Shown in pieces: positions 30,043 through 40,675 of a DNA stretch of 64,000 nucleotides (its first letter is position 1; each line of letters starts with the position of its first letter). This DNA is from an uncultured bacterium (GTDB lineage: Bacteria > Edwardsbacteria > AC1 > EtOH8). Location: the NCBI GenBank assembly GCA_963780225.1, contig CAWAAX010000011.1, forward strand, positions 87,691 through 151,690, given 5' to 3'. Under the pieces are notes generated by a model. It was not told where the DNA came from. It saw only the letters and a list, made by a program, of their open reading frames with translations, and did no database searches. The translations under genes were made by a program, and so were the position numbers.

Positions 30043-30420
30043 ATGACTTTATTTGATAAATGGCTTGATGAAAACCGGTATGACTCTAAAAATCTGTTGC
30101 CCAGTATTCTTCTTGTCCTGGCCGACGATAAAGCGCATGGCTTTAAGCTCGGGGGTGAAACTCAGGTAATGGGTTATCTGGTAGATCTTCCTGATTTTGG
30201 TACTATTTATCGCTTATTGAAACAGCTTGAAGATGAGAAAATGGCAACTTCTGAATGGGATACTTCACAAACAGGACCTGCGCGGAAAGTTTATAGTTTG
30301 ACTCCAAAAGGGTTTGATTATCTCGATTCAATAATGATACGTATACGAGAACAGTGTGGACGTTTTGAAGATATGCTTGAGAAGTATGAAAAAGTGAAAA
30401 GGAAAGACAGACGTAAGTAG
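30043..30420 (+). CDS. PadR-family transcriptional regulator
   Basis: HGF.L, GTIYRLLKQLE, W.....GPARKVYSLT.KG. Confidence 0.85.
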   Translation: MTLFDKWLDENRYDSKNLLPSILLVLADDKAHGFKLGGETQVMGYLVDLPDFGTIYRLLKQLEDEKMATSEWDTSQTGPARKVYSLTPKGFDYLDSIMIRIREQCGRFEDMLEKYEKVKRKDRRK

Positions 30421-30451
30421 AAAATATAACCTATATGAAGGGAGTTATAAA

Positions 30452-30883
30452 ATGTGCGAAATAAGGAACAAACTAATTTCTGTTGCACTTGAGTGGCAGG
30501 AAAAATATGGTGTTGCACCATCAATAACTTCAGCATTGTCAGAATATGACGCGGCAATGATTGTTGGATGTACTGAAGAACAATATTCAAAGTACATGCA
30601 GGTCAGGACAGCAGTTTCAAGAGATGTAGACTTCGTGCATGAAGGGAAAAGATATCAAGTCAAGGGAAGCAGACCTAGCGGGAAACCTGGCAGTCCAGTT
30701 ACAAAAGTAACACAGGCAAAAAATTATAATTGGGATCACCTAATTTGGATTCTATATAACAAAGAATACGAAATCCAAGAAGCATGGCTTTGGGAGAAAG
30801 ATAAATATGAAGAGATGTTTTCAGGGAGCAAAAGAATTTCACCCAAAGATATGCGGCAAGGAACAAGAATCTTTCCAAATTAA
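30452..30883 (+). CDS. Hypothetical protein, PD-(D/E)XK nuclease-like
   Basis: SEYDA...DVDF...YQVK motif spacing. Confidence 0.5.
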   Translation: MCEIRNKLISVALEWQEKYGVAPSITSALSEYDAAMIVGCTEEQYSKYMQVRTAVSRDVDFVHEGKRYQVKGSRPSGKPGSPVTKVTQAKNYNWDHLIWILYNKEYEIQEAWLWEKDKYEEMFSGSKRISPKDMRQGTRIFPN

Positions 30884-31041
30884 ATATCACTTTTGACCAC
30901 CCACTATTATACAATAAAAGCTTCCAAAAAGAATGTTTTGGTGTCGCTCTTAATCTTTACCAGCCAAACAGCCAATAGTATTACTCAAAAGCCAATACTG
31001 CTTAACATATACCGAAGCCGGACCGAGAAAGGAGTATTAAC

Positions 31042-32289
31042 ATGAGAACGCTGGTGATTCACCCCAAAGATCCAACCACTGATTTTCTGGCTGACATTTA
31101 TCGCGGAAAAGACTGGGAGATAATAAGGAAGCCTATCTGTCGCGATGAACTTGCTGCCAAGATAGCAGAGAACGACCGGATAGTGATGCTGGGGCATGGT
31201 CTGCCCGCCGGACTAATCGGACACAACGGCCTGGTGATTGACGGGCCCATGACTCCGCTACTGCGGGGCAGGGAGTGCGTCTGCATCTGGTGCAATGCCG
31301 ACCAATACGTGAGGCAGCATGGTCTTTCAGGGTTTTACACCGGAATGATCGTCTCCGAGCCAAACGAGGCCAGGATGTTTGACCTGCCTATGGATCCTGC
31401 CCCGATCAATGATTCCAACCGGCTGTTTGCAGAAGCCGTCAGGGATTCAATATTTAAGGAGAACGTGCTGGAGTTAACCAGACAGGCTTATCACAGCAAG
31501 GTTAATCAGGTGATCGCCTACAATCGGAATAACTTGTATTTCCGGGAGGCCATGATTGAAGACTGTCAGGATGGAAACGGGGGCCGGGATTATGAAATTG
31601 ACCCGGTTGACAACCATGTGATAGTCCGGGCTGGCGGGAAAAAGCTGCTTATAGATACCGGGTCACCGTTCAGTATTGGTGACGGCGACCCCATGGCCAT
31701 TTTCGGGGAAAAGCGCACTTTCCCGCGGGAACTTATGGGATTGAATGTTACTAAATTGGGCGGGATGATAGGGACCAGGATCGACATACTTTTGGGCAAC
31801 GACGTTCTCCGGAAGCTCAATTTTTACATTGACTGGAAAAATAGGAGGATCCGGTTCTCGCGCCGGCCGTTCGGTTCAAATGGTGTATCCGTCCCCCTGA
31901 AATATGTCATGGACGTTCCGGTGTTTGAAATCGGGGTGAACGGCATCAACATAAGCGCCATTCTGGATACCGGAGCCAAACATTCCTACCTGGATCGTGA
32001 ACTGACCACCGGCCACAGAGACATGGGTGATATCTTGGACTTTCATCCAAGCATCGGTCAGTTTACCACGGGGTCTTTTGACCTTCCCGTATCTATTGCC
32101 GGGCAGAATATGGCCTTGCGGGCGGGACTCCTTCCCCCCGCCATGCAGTTGCTGGCCAACGCTATGGGTGTCAGGGGTATCGTGGGCACCGAAATTTTAA
32201 ACCGCTATGACGCCTGCTTCAACCTGCCCCAGTCCGAGTTGGTGCTGGTAGACCGGGGCGGTTTTGAGCACGGCTGGAAGGGGGTGTAA
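31042..32289 (+). CDS. Fusion: clan CD-like (HG...C) N-domain plus two retropepsin-like aspartic protease domains
   Basis: IVMLGHG and CIWCNA; LIDTGS..ILLGND; ILDTGA..GIVGTE. Confidence 0.65.
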   Translation: MRTLVIHPKDPTTDFLADIYRGKDWEIIRKPICRDELAAKIAENDRIVMLGHGLPAGLIGHNGLVIDGPMTPLLRGRECVCIWCNADQYVRQHGLSGFYTGMIVSEPNEARMFDLPMDPAPINDSNRLFAEAVRDSIFKENVLELTRQAYHSKVNQVIAYNRNNLYFREAMIEDCQDGNGGRDYEIDPVDNHVIVRAGGKKLLIDTGSPFSIGDGDPMAIFGEKRTFPRELMGLNVTKLGGMIGTRIDILLGNDVLRKLNFYIDWKNRRIRFSRRPFGSNGVSVPLKYVMDVPVFEIGVNGINISAILDTGAKHSYLDRELTTGHRDMGDILDFHPSIGQFTTGSFDLPVSIAGQNMALRAGLLPPAMQLLANAMGVRGIVGTEILNRYDACFNLPQSELVLVDRGGFEHGWKGV

Positions 32290-32293
32290 GAGT

Positions 32294-33214
32294 ATGAGTG
32301 AAACAAATGATACCCCCAAAAAAGAAAACGAGCTGATAAAGCTAATAACATTCCCGCTGGCCTTGGTGATAATTCTGATTTGTAAGATCCTAACGTTTGT
32401 AATTAGTTCGATTGCTTCGGTAGTACACCAGGTCCGGAGAAATATCCGTATCCGAGTTAAAAGTCGTAAATACTTGGCGCTGGCAAAAGAATACAAACTG
32501 CCTATGACCTTTGAACAAGCCACAAGGTGTTTGAGTGATTCAGATAAAAGTGAGGTGACCAAACCTAACAGCGGGTTTCTGATCATAGCCTTGTCCAAGA
32601 TGGAAGACTGGTCATTCTTGTACCTTATCGGCCAGTGCCACCTGCATGAAAATCGCTTTTTTGAAGCGGTGAATTGCTTTGTCAAGGCATCAGGACCTAA
32701 CGATAGTTTTTTACAGAAACTGGTGCTTCTGGAGATAGGAGCGAAACTGTTAGAAAAATACATACTGTTATCAAAGGAAGCAAAGGATTCATGCGAATTG
32801 GAGGATAGGCTTTTTACCGCAGCTAATCGTTTGGGGCATACCTATAGACGGGCCGGAATTTATTCCATAGCCTATGATTGGTATATGAAGGCAAAGGATG
32901 CCATTTATAATTCAGCCACGATAGAAGGTGCGGAAAGAATGCTGCAAAAAATCAATGAGAATTCTGCACAAGGCCGTAAGCCTTTTATAGAAGGAGATAA
33001 TCGTTTTTGGTCTTATGATCAAATCACTGAAGTATTGCGTTCAGATCTAAGATATGCAGAATTACTAAACAATATTGGCTTATGCCTGATAGCGATGAAC
33101 AGCGATGACGAAATAACCGAAGCCTGGTTTGAAAAGGCTATTGCTTATATACCCGATGGGGTGGATTATCCTGAACCCCAAAAGCACTTAGATGAAATCA
33201 ATGCAAAGGAGTAA
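32294..33214 (+). CDS. Membrane-anchored TPR-like protein
   Basis: N-terminal hydrophobic helix; LGHTYRRAG.Y..A..WY.KA, LNNIGLC..AWFEKA. Confidence 0.6.
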   Translation: MSETNDTPKKENELIKLITFPLALVIILICKILTFVISSIASVVHQVRRNIRIRVKSRKYLALAKEYKLPMTFEQATRCLSDSDKSEVTKPNSGFLIIALSKMEDWSFLYLIGQCHLHENRFFEAVNCFVKASGPNDSFLQKLVLLEIGAKLLEKYILLSKEAKDSCELEDRLFTAANRLGHTYRRAGIYSIAYDWYMKAKDAIYNSATIEGAERMLQKINENSAQGRKPFIEGDNRFWSYDQITEVLRSDLRYAELLNNIGLCLIAMNSDDEITEAWFEKAIAYIPDGVDYPEPQKHLDEINAKE

Positions 33215-33218
33215 TGAT

Positions 33219-33827
33219 ATGCCACTACCCCAAATGGAACCACTCAACGAGTATTCCCTGACCCTTGCCAAAATGGTTGCCAGTACGAGTTACCTACCCC
33301 ATCCGTATACTGTTGGTGCATTGAATGGTGCTGCTTTCCCGACTCAACGATATAGGAATAGGTACCCAAAGCTTTCGTTGATATTAAACAACGATGTGGA
33401 AATCGGCATGTATGATGACAATACCACGCCAAGGTGGGCTTTACTGTGGTCCCATGGTTTTGCTGACGGACAGCGTAATGGTTGGGGCTTTGCTCATGTT
33501 TGGCAAGTATCAGACGATATGAAAGCGTATACCAATATTGCTAACCTTGCAATGATACCAGAATGTTTTGGGACTCTAACAGACAAAAAAGGGCCATTGA
33601 CTGGGTATTTGCAGTGGCACGCATGGAAAGTATACGGATGGAAACCTGATGGGATGAATGTTCCAACAGAACCGCCTGATTACAACCAGTTAGAATGGAG
33701 ATATTTAAATAGAACTGATGCACCAAGGGAATTGATCAATGAAAGGATTTTAAGACGAGATAATCAACGCTTACGAATTTTACGTCCAATCATGAACAGA
33801 CTTGGAATGTTACAATCACTTGCTTAA
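33219..33827 (+). CDS. Hypothetical protein, HNH-like
   Basis: FAHVW...YTNIANLAMIP...TD resembles a beta-beta-alpha-Me motif. Confidence 0.45.
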   Translation: MPLPQMEPLNEYSLTLAKMVASTSYLPHPYTVGALNGAAFPTQRYRNRYPKLSLILNNDVEIGMYDDNTTPRWALLWSHGFADGQRNGWGFAHVWQVSDDMKAYTNIANLAMIPECFGTLTDKKGPLTGYLQWHAWKVYGWKPDGMNVPTEPPDYNQLEWRYLNRTDAPRELINERILRRDNQRLRILRPIMNRLGMLQSLA

Positions 33828-33908
33828 ACAAAGTAAGCCTGACATGCCCCCGTTAATTGTACCAATATGATTGTTACTCTCAGGCCGCTGAACAGATGGG
33901 CCGCAGTT

Positions 33909-33957
33909 TACGAAACAAGGAAGCCGAGCAATTATTGCTTGGCTTCCTTGTTTCGTA
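33909..33957. terminator. Bidirectional terminator
   Basis: TACGAAACAAGGAAGCC/GGCTTCCTTGTTTCGTA long stem between convergent genes. Confidence 0.8.
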
Positions 33958-33977
33958 TCTTTATTATTTAAGTTTTG

Positions 33978-35111
33978 TCAATCCAGCCTCTTTTTGAACA
34001 TCAGCGCCGAAAACCCGAAGGTCAGCACCCCGAACACCGCCAAAAACAACAGCTGGGGCCACCAGGCCGCCGGGCCGGTCCCTTTAAGGAAGATGCTTCG
34101 CACGATCTCCAGAAAATAACGCAGCGGCACCAGGTAGGTGAAATACTGCATGGCCTGGGGCATGGAACTGATGGGGAACATGAACCCGGAAAGCAGCATG
34201 TTGGTGGCCATGAAGAACTGGTTGATCATCATGGCCTGGGACTGGGTGTGGGAGACGGTGGAGACCAGCATCCCGATCCCCAGCACGGTGAAGATGAATA
34301 CTATGGAGGCCCCGAACAGGTGGAACAGGCTGCCTTTGAGCATCACCCCGAACCACAGGGTGCCCAAAAGCATCACCAGCACCACGTCTATCAGCGCCAT
34401 CAGGGCAAAGGGCAGGGTCTTGCCGGCGATCAGCTCCCAGGTGGTGATGGGGCTGACGATGATCTGCTCCATGGTGCCCTGCTCCTTTTCTCTGACGATG
34501 CCCAAAGCGGTCAGCATCGAGGTCATCTGGAACAGCACCATGCAGATCAGCCCCGGTATCATGTAGTAGACGCTCTTCAGCTCGGGGTTGAACCAGACCC
34601 GGGGCCGGGTGTCTATGGGCATCTCCAGGCTGCCGGTGGTACCGGCCCTGGAGAGCTGCTGCCTGATCAGGCGGAGGGACTCGTTGGCCAGGACCTTTTG
34701 CAGATAGCTTTGGGCGATGCTGGCCTCGCTGGAGTTGCTGCCGTCGATCATGATCTGGATGTTCCCGGTTCGCCCGGCGGTGACATCGGAGGCCAGCCCC
34801 GAAGGAAAGACCACCGCCACCTTGACCCGGCCCTGGTCCAGGTATTGGTCGATGGACCTGAGGTCGGAGACCTCGGCCGCCTTGGTGAAATAGCCGGTGT
34901 TGGTCAGCCTGGCCGCCAGCTCCCGGGAATAGGCGCTCTTGTCCAGGTCGCACACCAGCAGTTTGATGTTTTTGACGTCGGTGGTGGTGACGTACCCGAA
35001 CAGCAAGGTCTGGACGATGGGAATGATCAGGATCATCCGCAGGGTCATGGGATTGCGGAAGATCTGGATGAACTCCTTGCGGATCAGAAATTTTAGGCGG
35101 TGTTTGTTCAT
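33978..35111 (-). CDS. ABC-2 type transporter permease (YbhR-like)
   Basis: KEFIQIFR, WFNPEL, REKEQGTMEQ, LSGFMFPI. Confidence 0.9.
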   Translation of the reverse strand: MNKHRLKFLIRKEFIQIFRNPMTLRMILIIPIVQTLLFGYVTTTDVKNIKLLVCDLDKSAYSRELAARLTNTGYFTKAAEVSDLRSIDQYLDQGRVKVAVVFPSGLASDVTAGRTGNIQIMIDGSNSSEASIAQSYLQKVLANESLRLIRQQLSRAGTTGSLEMPIDTRPRVWFNPELKSVYYMIPGLICMVLFQMTSMLTALGIVREKEQGTMEQIIVSPITTWELIAGKTLPFALMALIDVVLVMLLGTLWFGVMLKGSLFHLFGASIVFIFTVLGIGMLVSTVSHTQSQAMMINQFFMATNMLLSGFMFPISSMPQAMQYFTYLVPLRYFLEIVRSIFLKGTGPAAWWPQLLFLAVFGVLTFGFSALMFKKRLD

Positions 35112-35221
35112 TTTACTTTTCTGCCACCAAGACACCAAGACACAAATGATTGCTATTCACTTTTTACAATTCACAATCTGTTTGACCTCTTGGTGCCTTT
35201 GTGTCTTAGTGGCTATATGGT

Positions 35222-36362
35222 TCAGTCCAAACTCTTCTTGAACTTCAGCGCGCTGAACACCAGTATCCCCGCCCCGAAGACGATCAGCGGCAGGGCCTGC
35301 CGCCACAGCACCAGCGGCCCGATGCCCTTAAGGTAGATGCCCCGGATGATCACCAGAAAATAGCGGGTGGGCACCAGGTAGGTCAGCGGCTTGATCCAAG
35401 CCGGCATGCTCTCGATGGGAAAGGCGAAGCCCGAGAGCAGGATCCCCGGCAGCAGGGAGATCATCACCGCGGCGAACATGGCCTCCTGCAGTTTATTGGT
35501 AAGGTTGGAGATCAGCACCCCCAGCCCCAGCACGCTGAACATGTAGACCACGCATGAAACGGCCAGCGCCGCCAGGCTGCCCTTGATGGGCACGTTGAAC
35601 ATCAGGTACCCCATCACCACGATGATGGCGATGGCCAGCAGCGACAGCAGCAGGTAGGGCAGGATCTTGCCCAGCATCAGCTCGAACCGGGTCAGGGGCG
35701 AGGAGATCAGCATCTCGATGGTGCCCCGCTCCTTCTCCTCCACAATGGTGAAGGCTGTCAGCAGGGCGCCCAGCATGATCATGATCACCCCGATGATCCC
35801 CGGCACCACGAAGTTGGCCGAGCGAAGTTCCGGGTTGTACCACACTCGGGGCTGGATGTTCAGCGGCTGAAGGTTGATGTTGGCCGGCAACCTGGTCTGT
35901 CCGCTTCTGCAGCAGTTTCTGGGAATAGCTTTGGCCGAAGGCGCTTAAGTACCCCATGGCGATGTTGGCAGTATTGGCGTCCGAGCCGTCTATCACCACC
36001 TGCACCGGCACGCTTTGGCCCCGGGTCAGGCGGCGGGAGGCGCCGGGCCAGAACACCAGCCCCACCCGGGCCTGGCCCTTTTCCAGCTTCTGCTCCAGCT
36101 CGGCGTAGCTCATCACGTGGCCCTTGTAGCTGAAGGCCTCGTTCTTGATCAGGCTCTGGGTGTATTCCCGGGTGAAGGCCGAGCGGTCGTAGTCCAGCAC
36201 CACCAGCGGCAGGTTCTTGACGTCGAACCGGATGCCGAAGCCGTACAACAGCATCATCATCACCGGAAAGGCCAGGGTCAGGAACAGGGTGCGCGGATCG
36301 CGCTGGATGTGGAGCAGTTCCTTGCGGAACACCCCGTATAGTCTGCGGTTGAGCAGTATCAT
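35222..36362 (-). CDS. ABC-2 type permease (YbhS-like), frameshift at about 35895
   Basis: KELLHIQRDPR N-half plus WYNPEL..EKERGTIE C-half in another frame. Confidence 0.85.
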
Positions 36363-36530
36363 TGTTTTCTTTCTGTCATGCCGAGATTGCTTCTTGCCTT
36401 ACTGTCTGAGGTATGGTCCTTGATTCATCCTTCGGCCTGCCATGCAAGACGCTATCCTCAGGCATGCACTGAGATGTCTTATATATACCTAACGAAGTGA
36501 TGACACTGAGGCCTTGTCCTCCCGAGAATG

Positions 36531-37457
36531 CTATCCTGCCTTACTGGCTGAGGGACGGTCTATCAGCGCCACGAACACGTCCTCCAGCGAGGGCGTTATC
36601 TGTTCCAAAGTGTATTTCTGGCCGCCCAGCAAAGCCTTGATCCTGGGGGCCACGTCCGTTTCCGGCCGGCAGGAGATGTGCAGGGCGTTGCCGAACGGCG
36701 CCACCTGGCAGGCTTCCTTGACCAGGGAGATCTTTTCCATCATCTCCAGCGGCGGCGGGCCGTATAGTTGGTAGAGCTTCTGCTTGTAATCTTGTTTTAA
36801 TTTTTCCGGCGTGTCCAGGGCCACTATTTTTCCGTTGTAGATGAAGGCCAGCCGCCCAGCGTACTCGGCCTCGTCCATGTAATGGGTGGTGACGAAGATG
36901 GTCATGCCCTCTGCTGCCAGATTCTGGATGATGCTCCAGAAACTGCGGCGGGCGGCCGGGTCCACCCCGGCGGTGGGTTCGTCCAGGAACAGCACCTTTG
37001 GCCCGTGCGAGATGGCGCAGGCCAGGGCCAGCCGCTGCCGATAGCCGCCCGGAAGGTCTCCGGCGATCCTGCCCTCCAGACCCGAAAGGCCCAATGAGCC
37101 AAAGACCTTCTGCCGCAGTTCGCCGATCTCCTCGGAAGTTTTTCCGTAGATGCCCGAAAAGAAGGTGAAATTCTCTTCCGCCGAAAGCTCGGAATACAGC
37201 GAGAACTTCTGCGACATGTAGCCGATGTTCTGCTTCACCAGCTCCGGGCTGGAAGTGATGTCGTGCCCGGCCACCGTGGCCCGGCCCTCGGTGGGGCTGA
37301 TGATGCCGCACAGCATCCGGATGGTGGTGGACTTGCCGGAGCCATTCGGGCCAAGGAAGCCGAAGATCTCCCCCGGCGCTACCGAGAACGAGACCCGGTC
37401 CACCGCGGTGAAGTCGCCGAAGCGCTTGGTGAGATTATTTACGTCTATGGAATACAT
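36531..37457 (-). CDS. ABC transporter ATP-binding protein
   Basis: GPNGSGKST, LDEPTAGVD, TTHYMDEAE. Confidence 0.92.
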   Translation of the reverse strand: MYSIDVNNLTKRFGDFTAVDRVSFSVAPGEIFGFLGPNGSGKSTTIRMLCGIISPTEGRATVAGHDITSSPELVKQNIGYMSQKFSLYSELSAEENFTFFSGIYGKTSEEIGELRQKVFGSLGLSGLEGRIAGDLPGGYRQRLALACAISHGPKVLFLDEPTAGVDPAARRSFWSIIQNLAAEGMTIFVTTHYMDEAEYAGRLAFIYNGKIVALDTPEKLKQDYKQKLYQLYGPPPLEMMEKISLVKEACQVAPFGNALHISCRPETDVAPRIKALLGGQKYTLEQITPSLEDVFVALIDRPSASKAG

Positions 37458-37783
37458 TCTATATGCTGTCACCCTTCTAAGATGCTGGAGATGCCTTACT
37501 ACTTTGCCTTGCACTGATGGAGATGCTGTACACGATTGCCCGGCAACGATTGAGATGCTAAACCATTCTGCCAAGCAACGTTCGATTGTTTGTTCCGCCA
37601 CATTCCATCGTTGTTACTGCTTATATCATTGCTTCTCCATCGTTCCGACATCGCCCGACAATCTTGCCTGGCCGCTCAATCGTTGAATGACCCCTTGCCC
37701 GACTGCTCCATCGTTGTTTTGCCTTTAGCCTTACCCCTCCGTCATTGCTCTGCCCGCTTGCTTCGCCGCTCCATCGTTCGAAG

Positions 37784-38694
37784 TTACATCAGCGACAGGA
37801 ACACATCCTCTATGCTGGGCTCTATCTGCTTTTGGGAAAGAACCTTTATCCCGTTCTGCTTGAAAAGTGCGGCCATCCCGGCCAGTTCCTGCTCCGGTTT
37901 GTCCAAGTGGACGTGGAGGTGCCCCCCGAACAGCCCGGCGTTCTTGACGGTCTGCGACTTGGCCAGAATATCATAACCTTTCTGCAGGTCGGAGATCTCC
38001 AGTTGATAGACCTTGAAGCCCACCCCGGCCTTGATGTTCTCCGGCTTGTCGCACAATAAGTACCTGCCCCTTGTTCAAAAAAGCTATCCGGCTGCAGCGC
38101 TCGGCCTCGTCCATGTAGGGCGTGGCCAGGATTATGGTGACCCCCTGCTTCCAGATATCATAGAGCAGCTTCCAAAGCTCGCGCCGGGAGATGGGGTCCA
38201 CTCCGGTGGTGGGCTCGTCCAGCAAAAGGAGTTTTGGGGTGTGGATCAACGCGCAGGACAAGGCCAGCTTCTGCTTCATTCCCCCGGAAAGTTTTCCCGC
38301 CAAGCCTGTCCTTAAAAGGACCGAGACGGGAAAAGGCCATCAGCTCCCCCATCCGTTTCTGCTTTTCCTCGCCGGTCACCTGGTACAGGTCGGCAAAGAA
38401 ATCCAGGTTCTCGGCCACGGTCAGTTCCGGGTACAGCACGAAGCTCTGCGACATGTAGCCGATGTGGCGCCGGGCCCCTTCTGGGTCTTTGGCCGTATCC
38501 TGCCCGAATATTTTGGCCGAGCCGGAGGACGGCCTGATCAGCGCCGCCAGCAGCTTGATGATGGTGGTCTTGCCCGCCCCGTCCGGCCCCACCAGCCCGA
38601 AGATCTCGCCTTCGGCTATGGACAGGTCCAGCGGCTTAAGGGCCTCCGCGCCTTTATAGCTTTTAGTAAGCTTATTTGTTTCTACTGCCAGCAT
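37784..38694 (-). CDS. ABC transporter ATP-binding protein (two frameshifts, at about 38300 and 38055)
   Basis: GPDGAGKTT / LSGGMKQK, LDEPTTG / IEPSIEDVF spread over three ORFs. Confidence 0.85.
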
Positions 38695-38863
38695 TTACGA
38701 TTTCTTTTTTGCCACTAAGACACCAAGGCACCAAATTATTCCAAATCAAAAATTGGGAATAGCATTGTGCTATTGTATCTTGATGGTAAATTTAGATTGT
38801 TTCAAGCTAAAATAGATTGAAAAAGGAATAGTGTCTTTGTGCCTTTGTGGCAAGGTTAAAGGA

Positions 38864-39731
38864 TCACTGAATGTCTATCGCCGCATCGGCCGGCATGCCC
38901 GGCTTCAGCTCGCCCTGCGGGTTCTGCAAGATTGATCTTGACCGCGAACACCAGTTTGGTCCGTTCCTCCTTGGTCTGGATGTCCTTGGGGGTGAACTCG
39001 GCCTGCCCGGCGATGGTGGACACCGTGCCCTCAAAGACCTTGCCGGGATATGAGTCCACCGAGACCTGCGCCTTCTGCCCCAGTTTGATCTTGCCGTATT
39101 CCTTCTCCGGCAGGTAGATCTTGATGTAGACCTTGGTGATGTCCCCCAGCTTGCAGACCGGCGTCCCGGGCAGGGCCAGCTCGCCCACCTCGATGTTCCG
39201 CTCCAGCATCACGCCGCCGACCGGGGCCTGGATGTAGGCGTTGCCCACCTGGGTCCGGGCCAGCGAAAGCGCGGCCTGGGCCTGGGCCAGCATCCCCTTG
39301 CTGGCCGCCAATTGCGACTGGGCGGCCTTCATCTGGTTCTCGATCTGGGAAAAGGACTGGATGGAGATGGTGCCCGACTGGAAAAGCGGCTGGTTGCGCC
39401 GGTAATTGTCCTCGGCCGTGCTGAAATTGGCCCCGGCCGCCGCCGCCTGGCTCTGGGCCGAGGACACCGCCGCCAGGGCCTGGCTTTCCTGGGCCGAAAG
39501 CTCGTCGTGGGCCAGCCGGGCCAGCATCCTGCCGGCCTCCACCTGCTGTCCTTCGTCGAACGGCATCTCCACCACCCGGCCGGTGACCTTGGAGCGCACC
39601 GTGACCTCGGTGACCTCGATGATCCCCGACCCGGTCAGCTTGTTCGGGTCCTTCCGGGAGCAGGAGACCGCCAACAGCATTGTCAGCGCCAGTATGGCCG
39701 TAAGTATTTCATGGATGCGCTTGTTTATCAT
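38864..39731 (-). CDS. HlyD-family membrane fusion lipoprotein (frameshift near C-terminus)
   Basis: Lipobox LAVSC, SKVTGRV, AEFTPKDIQT; shifted tail GELKPGMPAD. Confidence 0.88.
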
Positions 39732-39819
39732 ATTCGCCTCATCATATATAGCTGTGTTAGTTTTGAATTTCCTTTGTCCATCAATGTCCAATGTCCTTGT
39801 CGGCCCCCCCCAGCCAGCC

Positions 39820-40443
39820 CTACTTGAAATCCTTTTTGAACCTGGCCCGGCCCTTCTCGGTCATGGCCCCGGCAAAGACCAGTTCCACTATGGCCTTCAT
39901 CAGTTGGCCCGGGCTGTAGTCCGAATGCGCCAGGGCCTGGGGATTGATCATCTGCTGGACCAGCACCGCGTACATCTGCATCACCAGGTCGGGATCCACC
40001 TCCGGACGGATCAACCCGGCTCGGATGCCTTTTCTGACCAGCAACCCAAAGTTGTGGTAGATCTTTTTCCGGCGGAACTCGTTGATCTCCTCCCACATCT
40101 CGGGGGCGCTCTTCTGCAGGTCCAGCATGAATTCCCGGCTGATCTTGGAGGTCCGCCGGGAGATGTGCTCCACCAGCCCGGCTAACCGCTGGAAATAATC
40201 CAGCTTGGGATCTTCTGTCAGGGACTTGATGACGCCCTCGCTCTCGGCCATCAGGCGGGATATAATGGCGTAAAGTAGCTGGTGCTTGCTGGCGAAATGC
40301 TGGTACAGGGTCTTCTTGCTGATCCCCAGCTCGGCCGCCATCCGGTCCATGGTCACGCCGGAGAAGCCCCGGGCAAAGAACAGGGCCTCGGCGTTGGCTA
40401 TGATGCGTTCCCGCACTGGATCTTTGGTTTTGGTCATGATCAC
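39820..40443 (-). CDS. TetR/AcrR regulator
   Basis: RIIANA..LF...GF..TMD..A.ELGISKKTLYQHF.SK. Confidence 0.92.
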   Translation of the reverse strand: MIMTKTKDPVRERIIANAEALFFARGFSGVTMDRMAAELGISKKTLYQHFASKHQLLYAIISRLMAESEGVIKSLTEDPKLDYFQRLAGLVEHISRRTSKISREFMLDLQKSAPEMWEEINEFRRKKIYHNFGLLVRKGIRAGLIRPEVDPDLVMQMYAVLVQQMINPQALAHSDYSPGQLMKAIVELVFAGAMTEKGRARFKKDFK

Positions 40444-40458
40444 ACTCTTTTACACATT

Positions 40459-40517
40459 GGAAACTGTTTCGGTTTTTTTAGTTTCCTAATTCTAATCCTT
40501 TTGACACCATTTGTCAA
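40459..40517 (-). promoter_or_regulatory. Promoter plus putative TetR operator
   Basis: TTGACA-17-TAGAAT on the minus strand, followed by inverted repeat GGAAACT..AGTTTCC. Confidence 0.6.
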
Positions 40518-40675
40518 TAGGGTCATGAAAAATAAAATTTCTTTTCGGGTCCGATATCATTTGAAAACCCGCCCCAAAAATGCTATTATTGTCCAATCCA
40601 GTCCGAGCAAACACTCCATCTGTATTTATCTAAAGATGAATAAAAACCTTTGTGCCTTTGTGTCTTTGTGGCAAA

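Noticed and set aside
28757..33827. Prophage or ICE
   Set aside because: No integrase, structural or conjugation genes, and no bounding att repeats identified.
37458..37601. N-terminal extension of the ABC ATPase
   Set aside because: Made of repeat-derived sequence; the family-typical start is MYSIDV at 37457.
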